From positions 114 through 64,113 of the forward strand of contig JAFUWF010000005.1 in NCBI GenBank assembly GCA_017483575.1: a stretch of DNA of 64,000 bases, written 5' to 3'. Below, in pieces: positions 16,886 through 26,300 of this stretch; the stretch's first letter is position 1, and each line of letters starts with the position of its first letter. This DNA comes from Bacteroidales bacterium (GTDB lineage: Bacteria; Bacteroidota; Bacteroidia; Bacteroidales; P3). Made by a program: the position numbers and the translations under genes. Below the pieces are notes generated by a model. That model had not been told where the DNA came from, made no database searches, and was given only the letters and a program-made list of their open reading frames with translations.

Positions 16886-19800
16886 TTAATATTTGATTAC
16901 ACGAGCGACGATACCGTCGACACTGACAGTGTAGCTGCCGGCGCCGAAGCGAGAGAAGTCGACCACGGTGGACTTGCCCTCGAAGGTGGTGTTGACGAGC
17001 GTCACGCCCATCACGTTCATCACGCGGAGGCTGTGGCTGGCGCTGTAGGGGTTCTCGATGGTGATGTTCACCTGGTCGACAGCGGGGTTGGGATAGGCAT
17101 CCACAGTGGCTTCGAGAGAAGCGGCCTCAGGGACGAGGGTCGTCACGTCGTACTGCTCGCAGGTCTGGACGCTGTTGCCATTGATGACCATAGTGACATG
17201 ATAGCTACCGGTGAGACCGCCTTCTTCCTGATAGTAGGGGCCGTCGCCGACATAGGTGCCGTTGTGGTACCACTTGACGGAAGACTGGTCGATGCAGTTG
17301 CAGGTGTCGACAATGGAGATGACATCGCTGAAGATTGGCATGGTGTAGTTGCGGGAGAGGTTGACGAGGAAGCTGACGGGGATGGCAGCGCTCTCGAACT
17401 GAGGATAGGCGCTGTTGCGGAGGGTCAGGGTGGCGTTGTAGTTGCCGTAGAAGGCATCGACGGGGATGACGAGGTCGACGTTGCCGGCGGTGGCGATGTT
17501 GGTCCAAGCCACATCGGTGAAGCCCTGAGCGTGGGCGGCGTCGTCATAGAGGAGCTGATACTGGTCAGGGGTGCCGCTGGTCAGATAGTACTGGATGGCG
17601 GCAGCGTCGCCGGAGCAGTAGCCGCCAGCGCTGACGGCGATGCCGTTGCCAGAGGTGCCCTGGGTGTTGTCGAAGACGAAGGGAGCCACGATGACACCGC
17701 TGGTGGTGATGACCTGGGTGGGGCTGGCGAGCGTATAGTTGGCCATGTCTGCGCCGACGAGGGTCAGCTGGGCGGTGATGGTCTTGTTGTCGCCGACGTT
17801 GGCGTCGTCATAGGTGGCGACGGTGAGGAGACCGAGGTCGTCGTTGCCGAAGACGGGACTGGGGGTGCCCATGTTGTTCACGGTGGCGGTGTTGGTGCCG
17901 TCATAGAGCTTGGCGGTGACAACGGAGATGCCGGTGGCGACCACGGGGGCGGGTACGATGGTCAGGGTGTTGATCAGGGTGCCAGCGATCTGATAGTTGG
18001 TGTCAGCCGGGAGGGCGGTGATGGTGTAGACGCCGACGTTGCGGGCCTCGGGGACCTCATTGCCATTGGCATCGGTGACCACCAGCAGGGCGGGGACGAC
18101 GTTGGCGTTGTCGTCGACATAGGTAGCGGTGATTTCGCTCAGATAGGAGGTGCCGTTGTAGGTGACGGTGGTGTCGACATGCGACCAGGTGAGCGGATAG
18201 GTGTTGCGCTCGTAGATGGCATGGGTGAGGCAGTTGAAGGCGGGCATGGTGACGAGGGCGGGGGTCCAGCCGGTCAGGGTGTAGCCGGGACGGGAGACGG
18301 TGGGATAGGAGACGCTGTCGCCATAGAGGACGGAGACAACGGTATCCACGCCGGCCTCGACGGTGCCGCCGTTCAGCACGTAGGTGAGGTCATAGTGGTT
18401 GCGGACATAGTGGAAGTTGATGATGGTGTCGCGGCTGAAGTTCAAAACGGTATCCGTGGCCTTATCGGTGGTGAAGCCGACATAGGTGTTGGCGACCGTG
18501 ATGAGGTCCTGACCCATGGGGGCGATGCCGAAAGCGGAGTCGATCATGGTCTCGGGATAGGTGCCGTCGAGGGCCTGGCGGTAGTGATAGACCGTGTAGC
18601 GGGCATCGGTCAGGGCGTTGTACTCGTACCATTTGGCATAGAGGACGGTGTCGCAGGTGAGGACATCGTTGAGGAAGTTCCAAGGAGTGGTGAACTCAGG
18701 GTTGATGAAGTAGGCCGAGAAGATGGTGTCGGCGCCAACGTATGTGGGACGCGAGGGAGCCGGGACGATGCGGTTGTCGACAGTGTTGACGATGGCCACG
18801 GAGTCGGCATATCCGGCCTGGCCCTGGCGGGCGTTGTAGTTGACGAAGGTGACGCGATAGCCGGCGCCCACAGTGTAGTGGAAGGGCACGGAGTCGGCAT
18901 CCATATTGGGGACAATGGTATAGCGGGCAGGCAGGTAGGCGCTGACATCCTGGCCGTACTTGCCGCCGAGGACGGTGACGTTGGCACCGGTCAGGGGGTT
19001 CACCACGAGGATGCGGGCGTTGTTGACGATGACGTTGAGGCTGCTGGGGCTCAGGCTGGCGACGGAGTCGAGGCTGTTGATGACCACGGTGCTGGTGGCG
19101 CCGCTGACACCGCCAAGATAGTTAACCATGCCGTTCTGCAGGACGACGGTATCCTCGATGTCGTCGATATAGAGAGAACCCTGAATCATGTTGCCCTGGA
19201 GGTCGATGACGGCACCGTTCTTGATGGTGTCGATGCTACCGCCGATGGTGTTGCGAGCCAGGAAGACAGTGTCGTTGGCAGCCGCGGCGGCGAGACCGAG
19301 GGTGCGGAGGTACTTGCGATAGTTGCCCGAACGGAAATAGGCGTCGGCGCCGATGGTGGCGCTGGTGGCGGCAGCGGTGCTGTCGAGGAGGGTCAGTGTG
19401 CCGGTGGCGTCGCTGCCGAACTGGGCGAAGACGGCGCTGGGGACATTGAGGGAGGAGATGGAAGCGTTGGAGGAGTCGAGCAGGCTCACGGCAGGAGCGT
19501 CGGTGAGGCTGTTGAGATAGCTGCCGGCGATGGTGACGTTGGCACCGTCGTGGGCAACCACAGGCTGGCCATACGACTTGGCGCCGAACTGGCGGAGGGT
19601 GAGGGTGGCGGCGTTGACATCAAAGATGTTGCCGGAACCAGCGGGGGTAACGATGTCGCTGTCGGTGGCATTGCCGAACCAGGAGAGCTCAGTGCCGTTC
19701 ACGCTGACCAGAGCCGAGGAGGGGTCGACGTAGGAACTGACCATGGGGTAGCCCATCTGATAGATGGTCAGGGGCTTGCTGATGGCGACGGGGGCGTTCA

Positions 19801-20389
19801 CACGGATGGTGTCCATAAAGTTGAGAACGGCCGAATCAGGGCTGAGCGTAATGGCGTCGGTGAACGAAGAGTAGGCAGACATCTGGCCGTCGACCACGAG
19901 GGGGCGTGCGGTGCCGAGCATGGTGCCGCTGACGGTCATGGTGCGGTTGAAGGTGCCATCGACAGACTGCGACATCAGCGAGGCCGGGGCGAAGTAGCCC
20001 GTGTCGAGGGTCTGACGGCTGGAGGTGCCGAGGACGTAGCAACGGTTATTGGCGTCGAAGGCCACGATGAAAGCATAGCCATAGGTGGTGCTGTCAACGG
20101 TGGCAGAAGCGGAGTAGTTGCCATTGAGGGAGGTGATGGCCATCACCGTCGAGGCAAGGGCGTTGTCGGCTGCCACGAGGGCGGTGCCACCCCAAGAAGA
20201 CATGAGGTAGGCCGAGTCGGCGATGTAGAGCTGCCCGGGGTTGGCAGCATAGATGGTGGCACTGGTGAGTGCCGCGCGGTCGAGGGTGCGCACGTCGACA
20301 TTGACGTTTACGCTCTGTGCCCTCAGGCCGTTGCCGGGCATCACCGATGCAATCAGTGCCCCCAGCAAGAAGAGTGTAGTTCTTTTCAT
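16886..20389 (-). CDS. Large T9SS-secreted adhesin-like surface protein
   Basis: Signal peptide. Listeria-Bacteroides (InlB B-type) repeats (GYTLTGW...). YDG/MBG-like units (KLYDGTNTATV..., NYTLASPTQVITTSGVI). C-terminal T9SS CTD (VDAYPNPAVDQVNITI...GSYTVSVDGIVARVIKY). 1167 aa. Confidence 0.8.
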   Translation of the reverse strand: MKRTTLFLLGALIASVMPGNGLRAQSVNVNVDVRTLDRAALTSATIYAANPGQLYIADSAYLMSSWGGTALVAADNALASTVMAITSLNGNYSASATVDSTTYGYAFIVAFDANNRCYVLGTSSRQTLDTGYFAPASLMSQSVDGTFNRTMTVSGTMLGTARPLVVDGQMSAYSSFTDAITLSPDSAVLNFMDTIRVNAPVAISKPLTIYQMGYPMVSSYVDPSSALVSVNGTELSWFGNATDSDIVTPAGSGNIFDVNAATLTLRQFGAKSYGQPVVAHDGANVTIAGSYLNSLTDAPAVSLLDSSNASISSLNVPSAVFAQFGSDATGTLTLLDSTAAATSATIGADAYFRSGNYRKYLRTLGLAAAAANDTVFLARNTIGGSIDTIKNGAVIDLQGNMIQGSLYIDDIEDTVVLQNGMVNYLGGVSGATSTVVINSLDSVASLSPSSLNVIVNNARILVVNPLTGANVTVLGGKYGQDVSAYLPARYTIVPNMDADSVPFHYTVGAGYRVTFVNYNARQGQAGYADSVAIVNTVDNRIVPAPSRPTYVGADTIFSAYFINPEFTTPWNFLNDVLTCDTVLYAKWYEYNALTDARYTVYHYRQALDGTYPETMIDSAFGIAPMGQDLITVANTYVGFTTDKATDTVLNFSRDTIINFHYVRNHYDLTYVLNGGTVEAGVDTVVSVLYGDSVSYPTVSRPGYTLTGWTPALVTMPAFNCLTHAIYERNTYPLTWSHVDTTVTYNGTSYLSEITATYVDDNANVVPALLVVTDANGNEVPEARNVGVYTITALPADTNYQIAGTLINTLTIVPAPVVATGISVVTAKLYDGTNTATVNNMGTPSPVFGNDDLGLLTVATYDDANVGDNKTITAQLTLVGADMANYTLASPTQVITTSGVIVAPFVFDNTQGTSGNGIAVSAGGYCSGDAAAIQYYLTSGTPDQYQLLYDDAAHAQGFTDVAWTNIATAGNVDLVIPVDAFYGNYNATLTLRNSAYPQFESAAIPVSFLVNLSRNYTMPIFSDVISIVDTCNCIDQSSVKWYHNGTYVGDGPYYQEEGGLTGSYHVTMVINGNSVQTCEQYDVTTLVPEAASLEATVDAYPNPAVDQVNITIENPYSASHSLRVMNVMGVTLVNTTFEGKSTVVDFSRFGAGSYTVSVDGIVARVIKY

Positions 20390-20524
20390 GTTGCTTAATA
20401 TTTAATTATACATTTATAAAATTACATTTTTCCAACACTATTGGTCTTAAATCCACGCTCCGAAGAGCCGACCATTGCTGTCGACCCTTCGGGGCGTTGG
20501 AACGCTATGCTTGTGAGTGCGACC

Positions 20525-21397
20525 TTATTTGGTCGAAATCACGAGGTAGTCGGTGTATTTCCAGAACTGGGTGGGGTTGAGGATGCGCAGGTAGGCGGTG
20601 ACGCTGCTGTTCTCCTCGTCGGCCACGAGCTCGTAGCTGTTCTCGGGGTGCTGCGAGATGACGGTGGCTTTCTTGCGGTTGACGGTGATGGTGGTCACCT
20701 TGGTGCGGTCGATCTCGGTGAAACGCTCGGTGTTCATGTCGGCCACGGTGCCCTGTTTGCGGCCGATGCCGATGAATCCGCCGCTCTTGGCCACGATGCC
20801 GGCCTCTTTCAGCTCGCTGTAGGAGCCCACCACGAAGTAGGCGCGGTTGGCGTCGGCCAGCTGCTGGGCGATGTACTGGTCCTTCTCCTGGTTGGAGGCG
20901 GTCAGCTCGGTGACGTTCTTGTTGAGGCCCTTGATGACGACCTTGTTGTTCTCAAGTTCGGTGAGCAACTCGGCGATCTGGGCTTCCTGGGCGGCGCTGC
21001 GCTCCTCGAGGCGGGTGATGTAGGCCTGGAGGTCGCTGTTCTTGCGGCCAAGCTCGCTGACGCGGCTGCTGAGCTGGGCAATCTTCTGCTTGTTGGCGGC
21101 CATCATGCTCTCGATGGAGCTCATCTGGTCCGAAATCTCCTTTTTGTGGTCGTAGGAGCCCTCGGTGTTGTTGCGGCGGAGCTCCTGGACATTGGAGTAC
21201 TTAGAGTTGATCATCGACAGATTGTCCTCAATCTCGTTCAGCATAGAGAACAGACCGTCGATCTCGGAATCCTTGGCATCGACAACACCCATGAGGGAGT
21301 CGATGGTCTTCTTGGAAGAGTCGAGTTCTTTCTGATTGCAGCTCACTATAGAAGCGGTGGCAGCAAAAAGGCCAATGGCCAAAAAGATTTTCTTCAT
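20525..21397 (-). CDS. Coiled-coil lipoprotein, function unknown
   Basis: Lipobox ASIVSCNQ. About 170 aa of heptad-like coiled coil, then a globular C-terminal domain (YFVVGSYSELKEAGIV...). Confidence 0.6.
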   Translation of the reverse strand: MKKIFLAIGLFAATASIVSCNQKELDSSKKTIDSLMGVVDAKDSEIDGLFSMLNEIEDNLSMINSKYSNVQELRRNNTEGSYDHKKEISDQMSSIESMMAANKQKIAQLSSRVSELGRKNSDLQAYITRLEERSAAQEAQIAELLTELENNKVVIKGLNKNVTELTASNQEKDQYIAQQLADANRAYFVVGSYSELKEAGIVAKSGGFIGIGRKQGTVADMNTERFTEIDRTKVTTITVNRKKATVISQHPENSYELVADEENSSVTAYLRILNPTQFWKYTDYLVISTK

Positions 21398-21756
21398 TGT
21401 TGTTGTTATTTTTTTAATTTGTTTTTTCTAATTTCATATTCCGTTTTCACGAAACCTTTTCCACCTAATCATGGTGTCTCTATAACGGCACCATTCGGAT
21501 AATATTGTACAGAAAATCAAAAATATTTGTTAAAAAATATTAAAAATTCTCAAAAAACAGCAAAATTTCCAGCCATACTAAAATACTGATAACCAACAAC
21601 AAAACACAATCATACTCTTCCATCCACTTACCACCCTCCTACCCTCCTCCTACCACCCTCCCCTCCGGAAAAAGATGGTACGGTCGGAGTACGAAAAACA
21701 ATAAAACCGGAGACACCACGGGTGCGCCTCCGGTTTGTTTGGGGTATAACGGGGGG

Positions 21757-22974
21757 TTAGCGACGGACGACAATCTTCGCCACGCTGTCGGCCACGCGAA
21801 GCATGTAGACGCCGTTGGCCAGGTTGCGGAGGTCGATGCGGGTCTCGGTTCCGTTGACGACGAAGGAGGCGATGATGCTGCCGCGCATGTCAAAGAGGAC
21901 GGCCTTGCCGCTGACGCCGCTGACGGTCAGCATGTCAGAAGCAGGGTTGGGATAGACGCTGACAACGGCGGTCTGGACACCTTCGATGCCAGTCACCTGG
22001 GGCACGCTGACGGGGTTGATGGCCATGGGGTAGACATAGATGTAGTACCACATATCATAGTCGGCATAGTAGGAGCTGTCGACAACCACACCGGCGGCAG
22101 GTTCGGCCCATTTCTCGAAGGAGCCGTTGGTGAGAGTCTGAGCCATGCCGGCATCGGACACGCCGTTGTTCTTGCTCTCCCAGTAGCTGAAGGCCTGCTT
22201 GCGGAGGGTGTCGCCAGGGGCGACGACGAAGAGGATGTCGTCGAGGAAGCCGCCGCTGAGGGTGAAGCTGAAGCGGGGGTCGGCGGCGGCGATGTCGGTC
22301 ATCATGTCGCTGACGGTCTTGGTGCTGTCGTACTTGTAGCCCCAAGCCAGGGCGGTGTCGGCCCAGTTGACGGCCATGATTGCCTGGTTGCTGCCATTGC
22401 CCACCCAGTAGAGGATGTCGCTGGCGGCGATGGTGGCCTCTTCAGGCTGCGGCTCGACAACGGGAGCGGGAGCCATGATCATGGTGTCGGCGGGATAGGA
22501 CTCATAAGTTTCTTCGTCCATGGGCATCCAGTCGACAAAATCGCCATTGACCAAAATGTCGGAGGAAGCACCCATCGACTGATTGCTCGTACCGTCGGCG
22601 GCTTTCCAGTTGTACCACCACCAGCCGGCAGTGCCAACAAGATTGAGGCCCAGGTCGGCATTGGCATAGGACAGGTTGTTGACGATGGTGTAGGTGGTGG
22701 TGCCATGCTCAATGGTTAGGTTGGCATCGTAGGCGGCGATGGTGTCCATCAAGTCAGCGATGGAGACATTGGAGCCATTCCACTGCACACCCCAGGCAAT
22801 GCCGATATTACCTGCCGTGGCGTCGTTCCAGGTGACAGCGATGACAGCGCGGTTGCTGCCCGTGCCAGTCCAGAACTGGATGTCGCTTTGCGGAACAACG
22901 GGGTTCTCATACTGAGCCATAGCGCCCACAGAGAGCATCAGGCCCATTGCAATAGTAAGTACTTTTTTCATCAT
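21757..22974 (-). CDS. T9SS-secreted protein with two copies of an unassigned Trp-rich module; cobalamin-riboswitch controlled
   Basis: Start MMKKVLTIAMGLMLSVGAMAQ (22972-22974) inside track ORF 21757-23070. Modules begin SDIQFWTGTGSNRAVIAVTW and SDILYWVGNGSNQAIMAVNW. CTD is VSVYPNPASDMLTVSG...GVYMLRVADSVAKIVVRR. The riboswitch lies immediately upstream. Confidence 0.8.
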   Translation of the reverse strand: MMKKVLTIAMGLMLSVGAMAQYENPVVPQSDIQFWTGTGSNRAVIAVTWNDATAGNIGIAWGVQWNGSNVSIADLMDTIAAYDANLTIEHGTTTYTIVNNLSYANADLGLNLVGTAGWWWYNWKAADGTSNQSMGASSDILVNGDFVDWMPMDEETYESYPADTMIMAPAPVVEPQPEEATIAASDILYWVGNGSNQAIMAVNWADTALAWGYKYDSTKTVSDMMTDIAAADPRFSFTLSGGFLDDILFVVAPGDTLRKQAFSYWESKNNGVSDAGMAQTLTNGSFEKWAEPAAGVVVDSSYYADYDMWYYIYVYPMAINPVSVPQVTGIEGVQTAVVSVYPNPASDMLTVSGVSGKAVLFDMRGSIIASFVVNGTETRIDLRNLANGVYMLRVADSVAKIVVRR

Positions 22975-23089
22975 AATGATACTGTTTTTAAGGTTTATAC
23001 ATTCTTTCATTCCAGTATCGGGAAGCGCCTGCGGGGGAGAAATCCATAACGAAGACCAACGACACACCATGGGTGTCTGTCACCGGATG

Positions 23090-23290
23090 CCTTTTCCTCG
23101 AAAGCGATGCCGACTTATGCGTTTTGGCAGGTCTTCTGGCTTGCTCCTCTCGACCCTGTCTTCCCATGCTCCTATGGCGGCGCACAGTGACTAACAGATT
23201 GGGTCTCAAACTCTCGAGCTTACAGCAGCGGGACTGCGCAGGACTCTCACCTGCTTCCCTTTTCGTACCCCGAAGGGTAACCAAAACGGG
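23090..23290 (-). promoter_or_regulatory. Cobalamin (B12) riboswitch, copy 1
   Basis: The minus strand reads ...GGTTACCCTTCGGGGTACGAAAAGGGAAGCAGGTGAGAGTCCTGCGCAGTCCCGCTGCTGTAAGC...CACTG...GGGAAGACAGGG...GCAAGCCAGAAGACCTGCC. This covers the conserved core and the B12 box. Confidence 0.85.
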
Positions 23291-23292
23291 TG

Positions 23293-23300
23293 CAAAAATA
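23293..23300 (-). promoter_or_regulatory. -7 promoter box (TATTTTTG on minus strand) driving riboswitch copy 1
   Basis: TTTTGTATTTTTGCAC immediately 5' of the riboswitch, identical in the paralogous copy at 30494-30501. Confidence 0.55.
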
Positions 23301-23320
23301 CAAAATAAAAACAATATGAC

Positions 23321-23352
23321 AAAAAAAAGAAGCCCCGAAGGACTTCTTTTTT
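23321..23352. terminator. Intrinsic terminator after the giant T9SS gene
   Basis: A-run, GAAGCCCC-GAA-GGACTTC hairpin, then T-run, lying between the stop at 23375 and the next promoter. Confidence 0.6.
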
Positions 23353-23374
23353 GTGTGTGAAGGAAGTGTCTCGA

Positions 23375-26300
23375 CTAGCGTTTCTTGACAATCTTGTGCA
23401 CAGTGCCTTCGGCACGGAGCATGTAGACGCCCTCGGCGAAGGACGCGAGGTCGATGACGTTGTTTCCTTCGAGCAGACGGTAGCTGCCCACCATGCGTCC
23501 GGAGAGGTCGAAGAGCTGTGCCTCGACGCTGCGGGAGACAGCGACGTTGACACGGTCGGTGGCGGGGTTGGGCCATACGGCCTCGATGGCGAGGTCGATG
23601 TCCTCGATACCGATAGGCTGCGGGGCGACGTACTCGTTCAGCACGGCTACGCCTGTGAGGTCGAAGCCGCCGCTACCCCAGACGGTGTCGCTGGTGGGCC
23701 AGGGGTCGTTGACGATGTGGCCGAAAGCGTCGTAGGTGGCGTACTCGGGGTCGATGGTGCCGACGACGTCGACAATGCGCACATAGACGATGCTGTCGAC
23801 GTTGATGCCGGTGCTGTCGCGCAGTTCCTCAAGGTCGAAGGGGGTGCCATATCCCACGCGGAACTTGCCGGCGAGGTTGTTGATGAAGGTGGGGTCGACA
23901 ACGGAAACCACCTGCGTCTCGGTCTGGGTGAGGCTGGTGGCGGGGAAGCGGACGAAGCGCTCTCCGTCGGAGCTCACCTCGACGAAGGCCAGTTCGAGGA
24001 AGAGGTCGTTGAAGGAGTTCTCGAAGACCGCGAAGTCGGGGCCTTCACCGTTGCGGATAGGAGTGGCAAAGGTGAGGGTGGCGGTGCCGCCGTCGCCAAG
24101 GCTGACGGCCACGGTGGTCGAGGTGCCGGCAGGGCCGATGGCCATGGAGTCGGCGCCGTAGTGCACGACGGGGCCTTCGGGGTCGGTGATGTCCACGGGG
24201 CCGCGGACGACGGTGCAACCCGTAGCCCAGGCCACGATGGCGCTGCTGTCGGCAGCAATGGCGTTGCAACCCTCGGTGCCCACAGCGCCGCAGAAGGGGC
24301 CGTGCTCGGGCACAGGAGGTTCGACGGGGCTGGTGCCGGTGGTGTCGGGCACGGTGACGGGATGGATGGTCATGGGGTAGACGCTGGTGTAGATCCAGTA
24401 GGTGACACCATCGTACTCATAGCTGGAGCTGTCCACCACGATGCCTGCGGCCGGGTCGCTCCACTTCTCGAAGTCGCCGTTGCTGAGGGCCTGGGCCATG
24501 CCGGCGTCCGACAGGCCGTTGTTCTTGCTTTCCCAGTAGTTGCCGGCGGTGATACGCAGGGTGTCGGTCATGCCGGCGGCGGTATCGATATAGAGAATGT
24601 CGGCGAGGAATCCGGTGCCGGTGTAGCTGAAGCGCGGGTCGGCGGCGGCGATGGCATCCATCATGTCGGTGACGGTGGCGATGCCGTTGTAGCGGTAGCC
24701 CCACGCCAGGGCGGTGTCGGCCCAGTTGACGGCCATCACGGCCTCGTTCGAGCCCTCGCCCACCCAGTAGAGGATGTCGCTGGCGGCGATGGTGGCCTCG
24801 ACGGGCGTCTCGGTGGTGTCGACGGGAGTGGTAGTGGTGTCAGGCACAGAGACGGGTGTGGGAGCCTTGGTCCAGGCTTCCTGCATGTAGTAGCCATACT
24901 GGAAGTCCCAACCGATGGCGGAGTTCATGTCGCCGTATTTGAAGACATCGCCGTTGTGGAGCGTCGAGGAGGCACCTGCACCGGCACTGACTCCGTTGAG
25001 GTTGGTCCACCAGAAGTTGTAACCCACAGTGGGGTCGACAGGCGAGAGGCCGAGGGTGTCGCCATTGTCGAGTATGAAGTGGATGTCGCCACTCATAGAA
25101 GGCGAGCCATCAGTCCAGAAGCGCGGGTCGGCGGCGGCGATGTCGTTGACCATGGTCTGTGCCGTGGTGCTGCCGTTGAAAAGATAGCCCCAGGCGAAGG
25201 CCGTGTCAGGCTGGGCATAGTTGACGATGAAGACAGCACTGTCGGCACCGGTGCCCACCCAGTAGAGGATGTCGCTGAAGGCGATGGTGGCATCGATGGG
25301 GTCGGCAGGAGGTCCAGGAGTGACCGAAGGCGGCGTCACGGGCACCACGGTGCCGTAGACGAAGTAGCAGTCGGTGGAGATTTCGATCAGCGAGCCGGGA
25401 TTGATCCACTCGTCCTCGAACTCGGAGGCATCGAGCATCATGCCGTCGAGCTTCAGACAGTTGTAGTAGTTCACGCCGGCGGTGACGGTATAGAGCGAAT
25501 CGTCATCGTCGACAAAGCGCACCATATCCATCTCGAAAATGGAGCCCATGTAGCGGCTGTAGTGATAGTAGAAGCGGGGGTCGTAGGTATCCAGGCTGTC
25601 CAGCACATCGGAGACGAAGACACCCTCGTCGTCGTCGAAGGCCAGACCCCAGGCATAGGTGGTGGGGGTGTCGTCCTCGTCGACCCAGTTGATGATGACG
25701 ATGGCGCTGTCGGGACCATGGCCTGCCCAGAAGAGGATGTCGCTGTTGGTGATGGTGCCGGGCTCAATGGTGTCGATGGGGGCAGGGGTGGTGGTATCGA
25801 TGGCAACAAGGAGGTTGTCGATGCCGCAGTAGCGATAGCCGGGACCCGTGGTGCTGGCGGTAGTGCTTGTAACCTCCCACTTGAAGGTGAGACGGGCATC
25901 GGCGGGCATGCCGGCATACTGGCTGAAACGGACGGTGTCGTGATGAAGCACACGGTTGTCGGCGGCCATGGTGTCGAGGCCAACGAAGGTGGCGGTGTCG
26001 CTCGTTATGTAGCCTACTACCAGACGGGCGCCATTGCTGCTGGTGCGGCGGTCGAAAGTGAGGACGGTCTGCGAAAGGGCCTGCTCGAACGTGGGCAGAA
26101 TGGCATAGCGGCTGGTACCGGTGGCGTTCATGTCGGCAATGTGGTCGGCGTTGTCGCCAGTGTAGATCTGGCTGCCGATGAGGGCCAGGAAAGCGTCGTT
26201 GGCGGCGATGGCGCCAAAGCTGTTGGTGCTGGTCGAGTAGCCGATGCCACCGAAATAGGTGGAGGTCTCAGAGTTGGGGGTATAGGCATACTGTGTCGTA

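Noticed and set aside
16874-20398. 1174 aa plus-strand ORF, and the 738 aa plus-strand ORF at 14680-16896
   Set aside because: These are antisense shadows of the T9SS adhesin and OmpA genes. They have no recognisable domains, whereas the minus-strand products have a signal peptide, CTD and OmpA_C motifs.
20398-20524. GACCC-TTC-GGGGC hairpin as the terminator of the lipoprotein gene
   Set aside because: The stem is imperfect and there is no T-run on the transcribed (minus) strand. The evidence is insufficient to call it a terminator or a REP copy.
21398-21756. Possible third riboswitch or ncRNA in the 360-nt AT-rich region upstream of the coiled-coil lipoprotein gene
   Set aside because: It has no similarity to the two cobalamin riboswitch copies, and I could recognise no conserved riboswitch core. 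It contains a TATTTTTG-type box and looks like an ordinary promoter plus leader.
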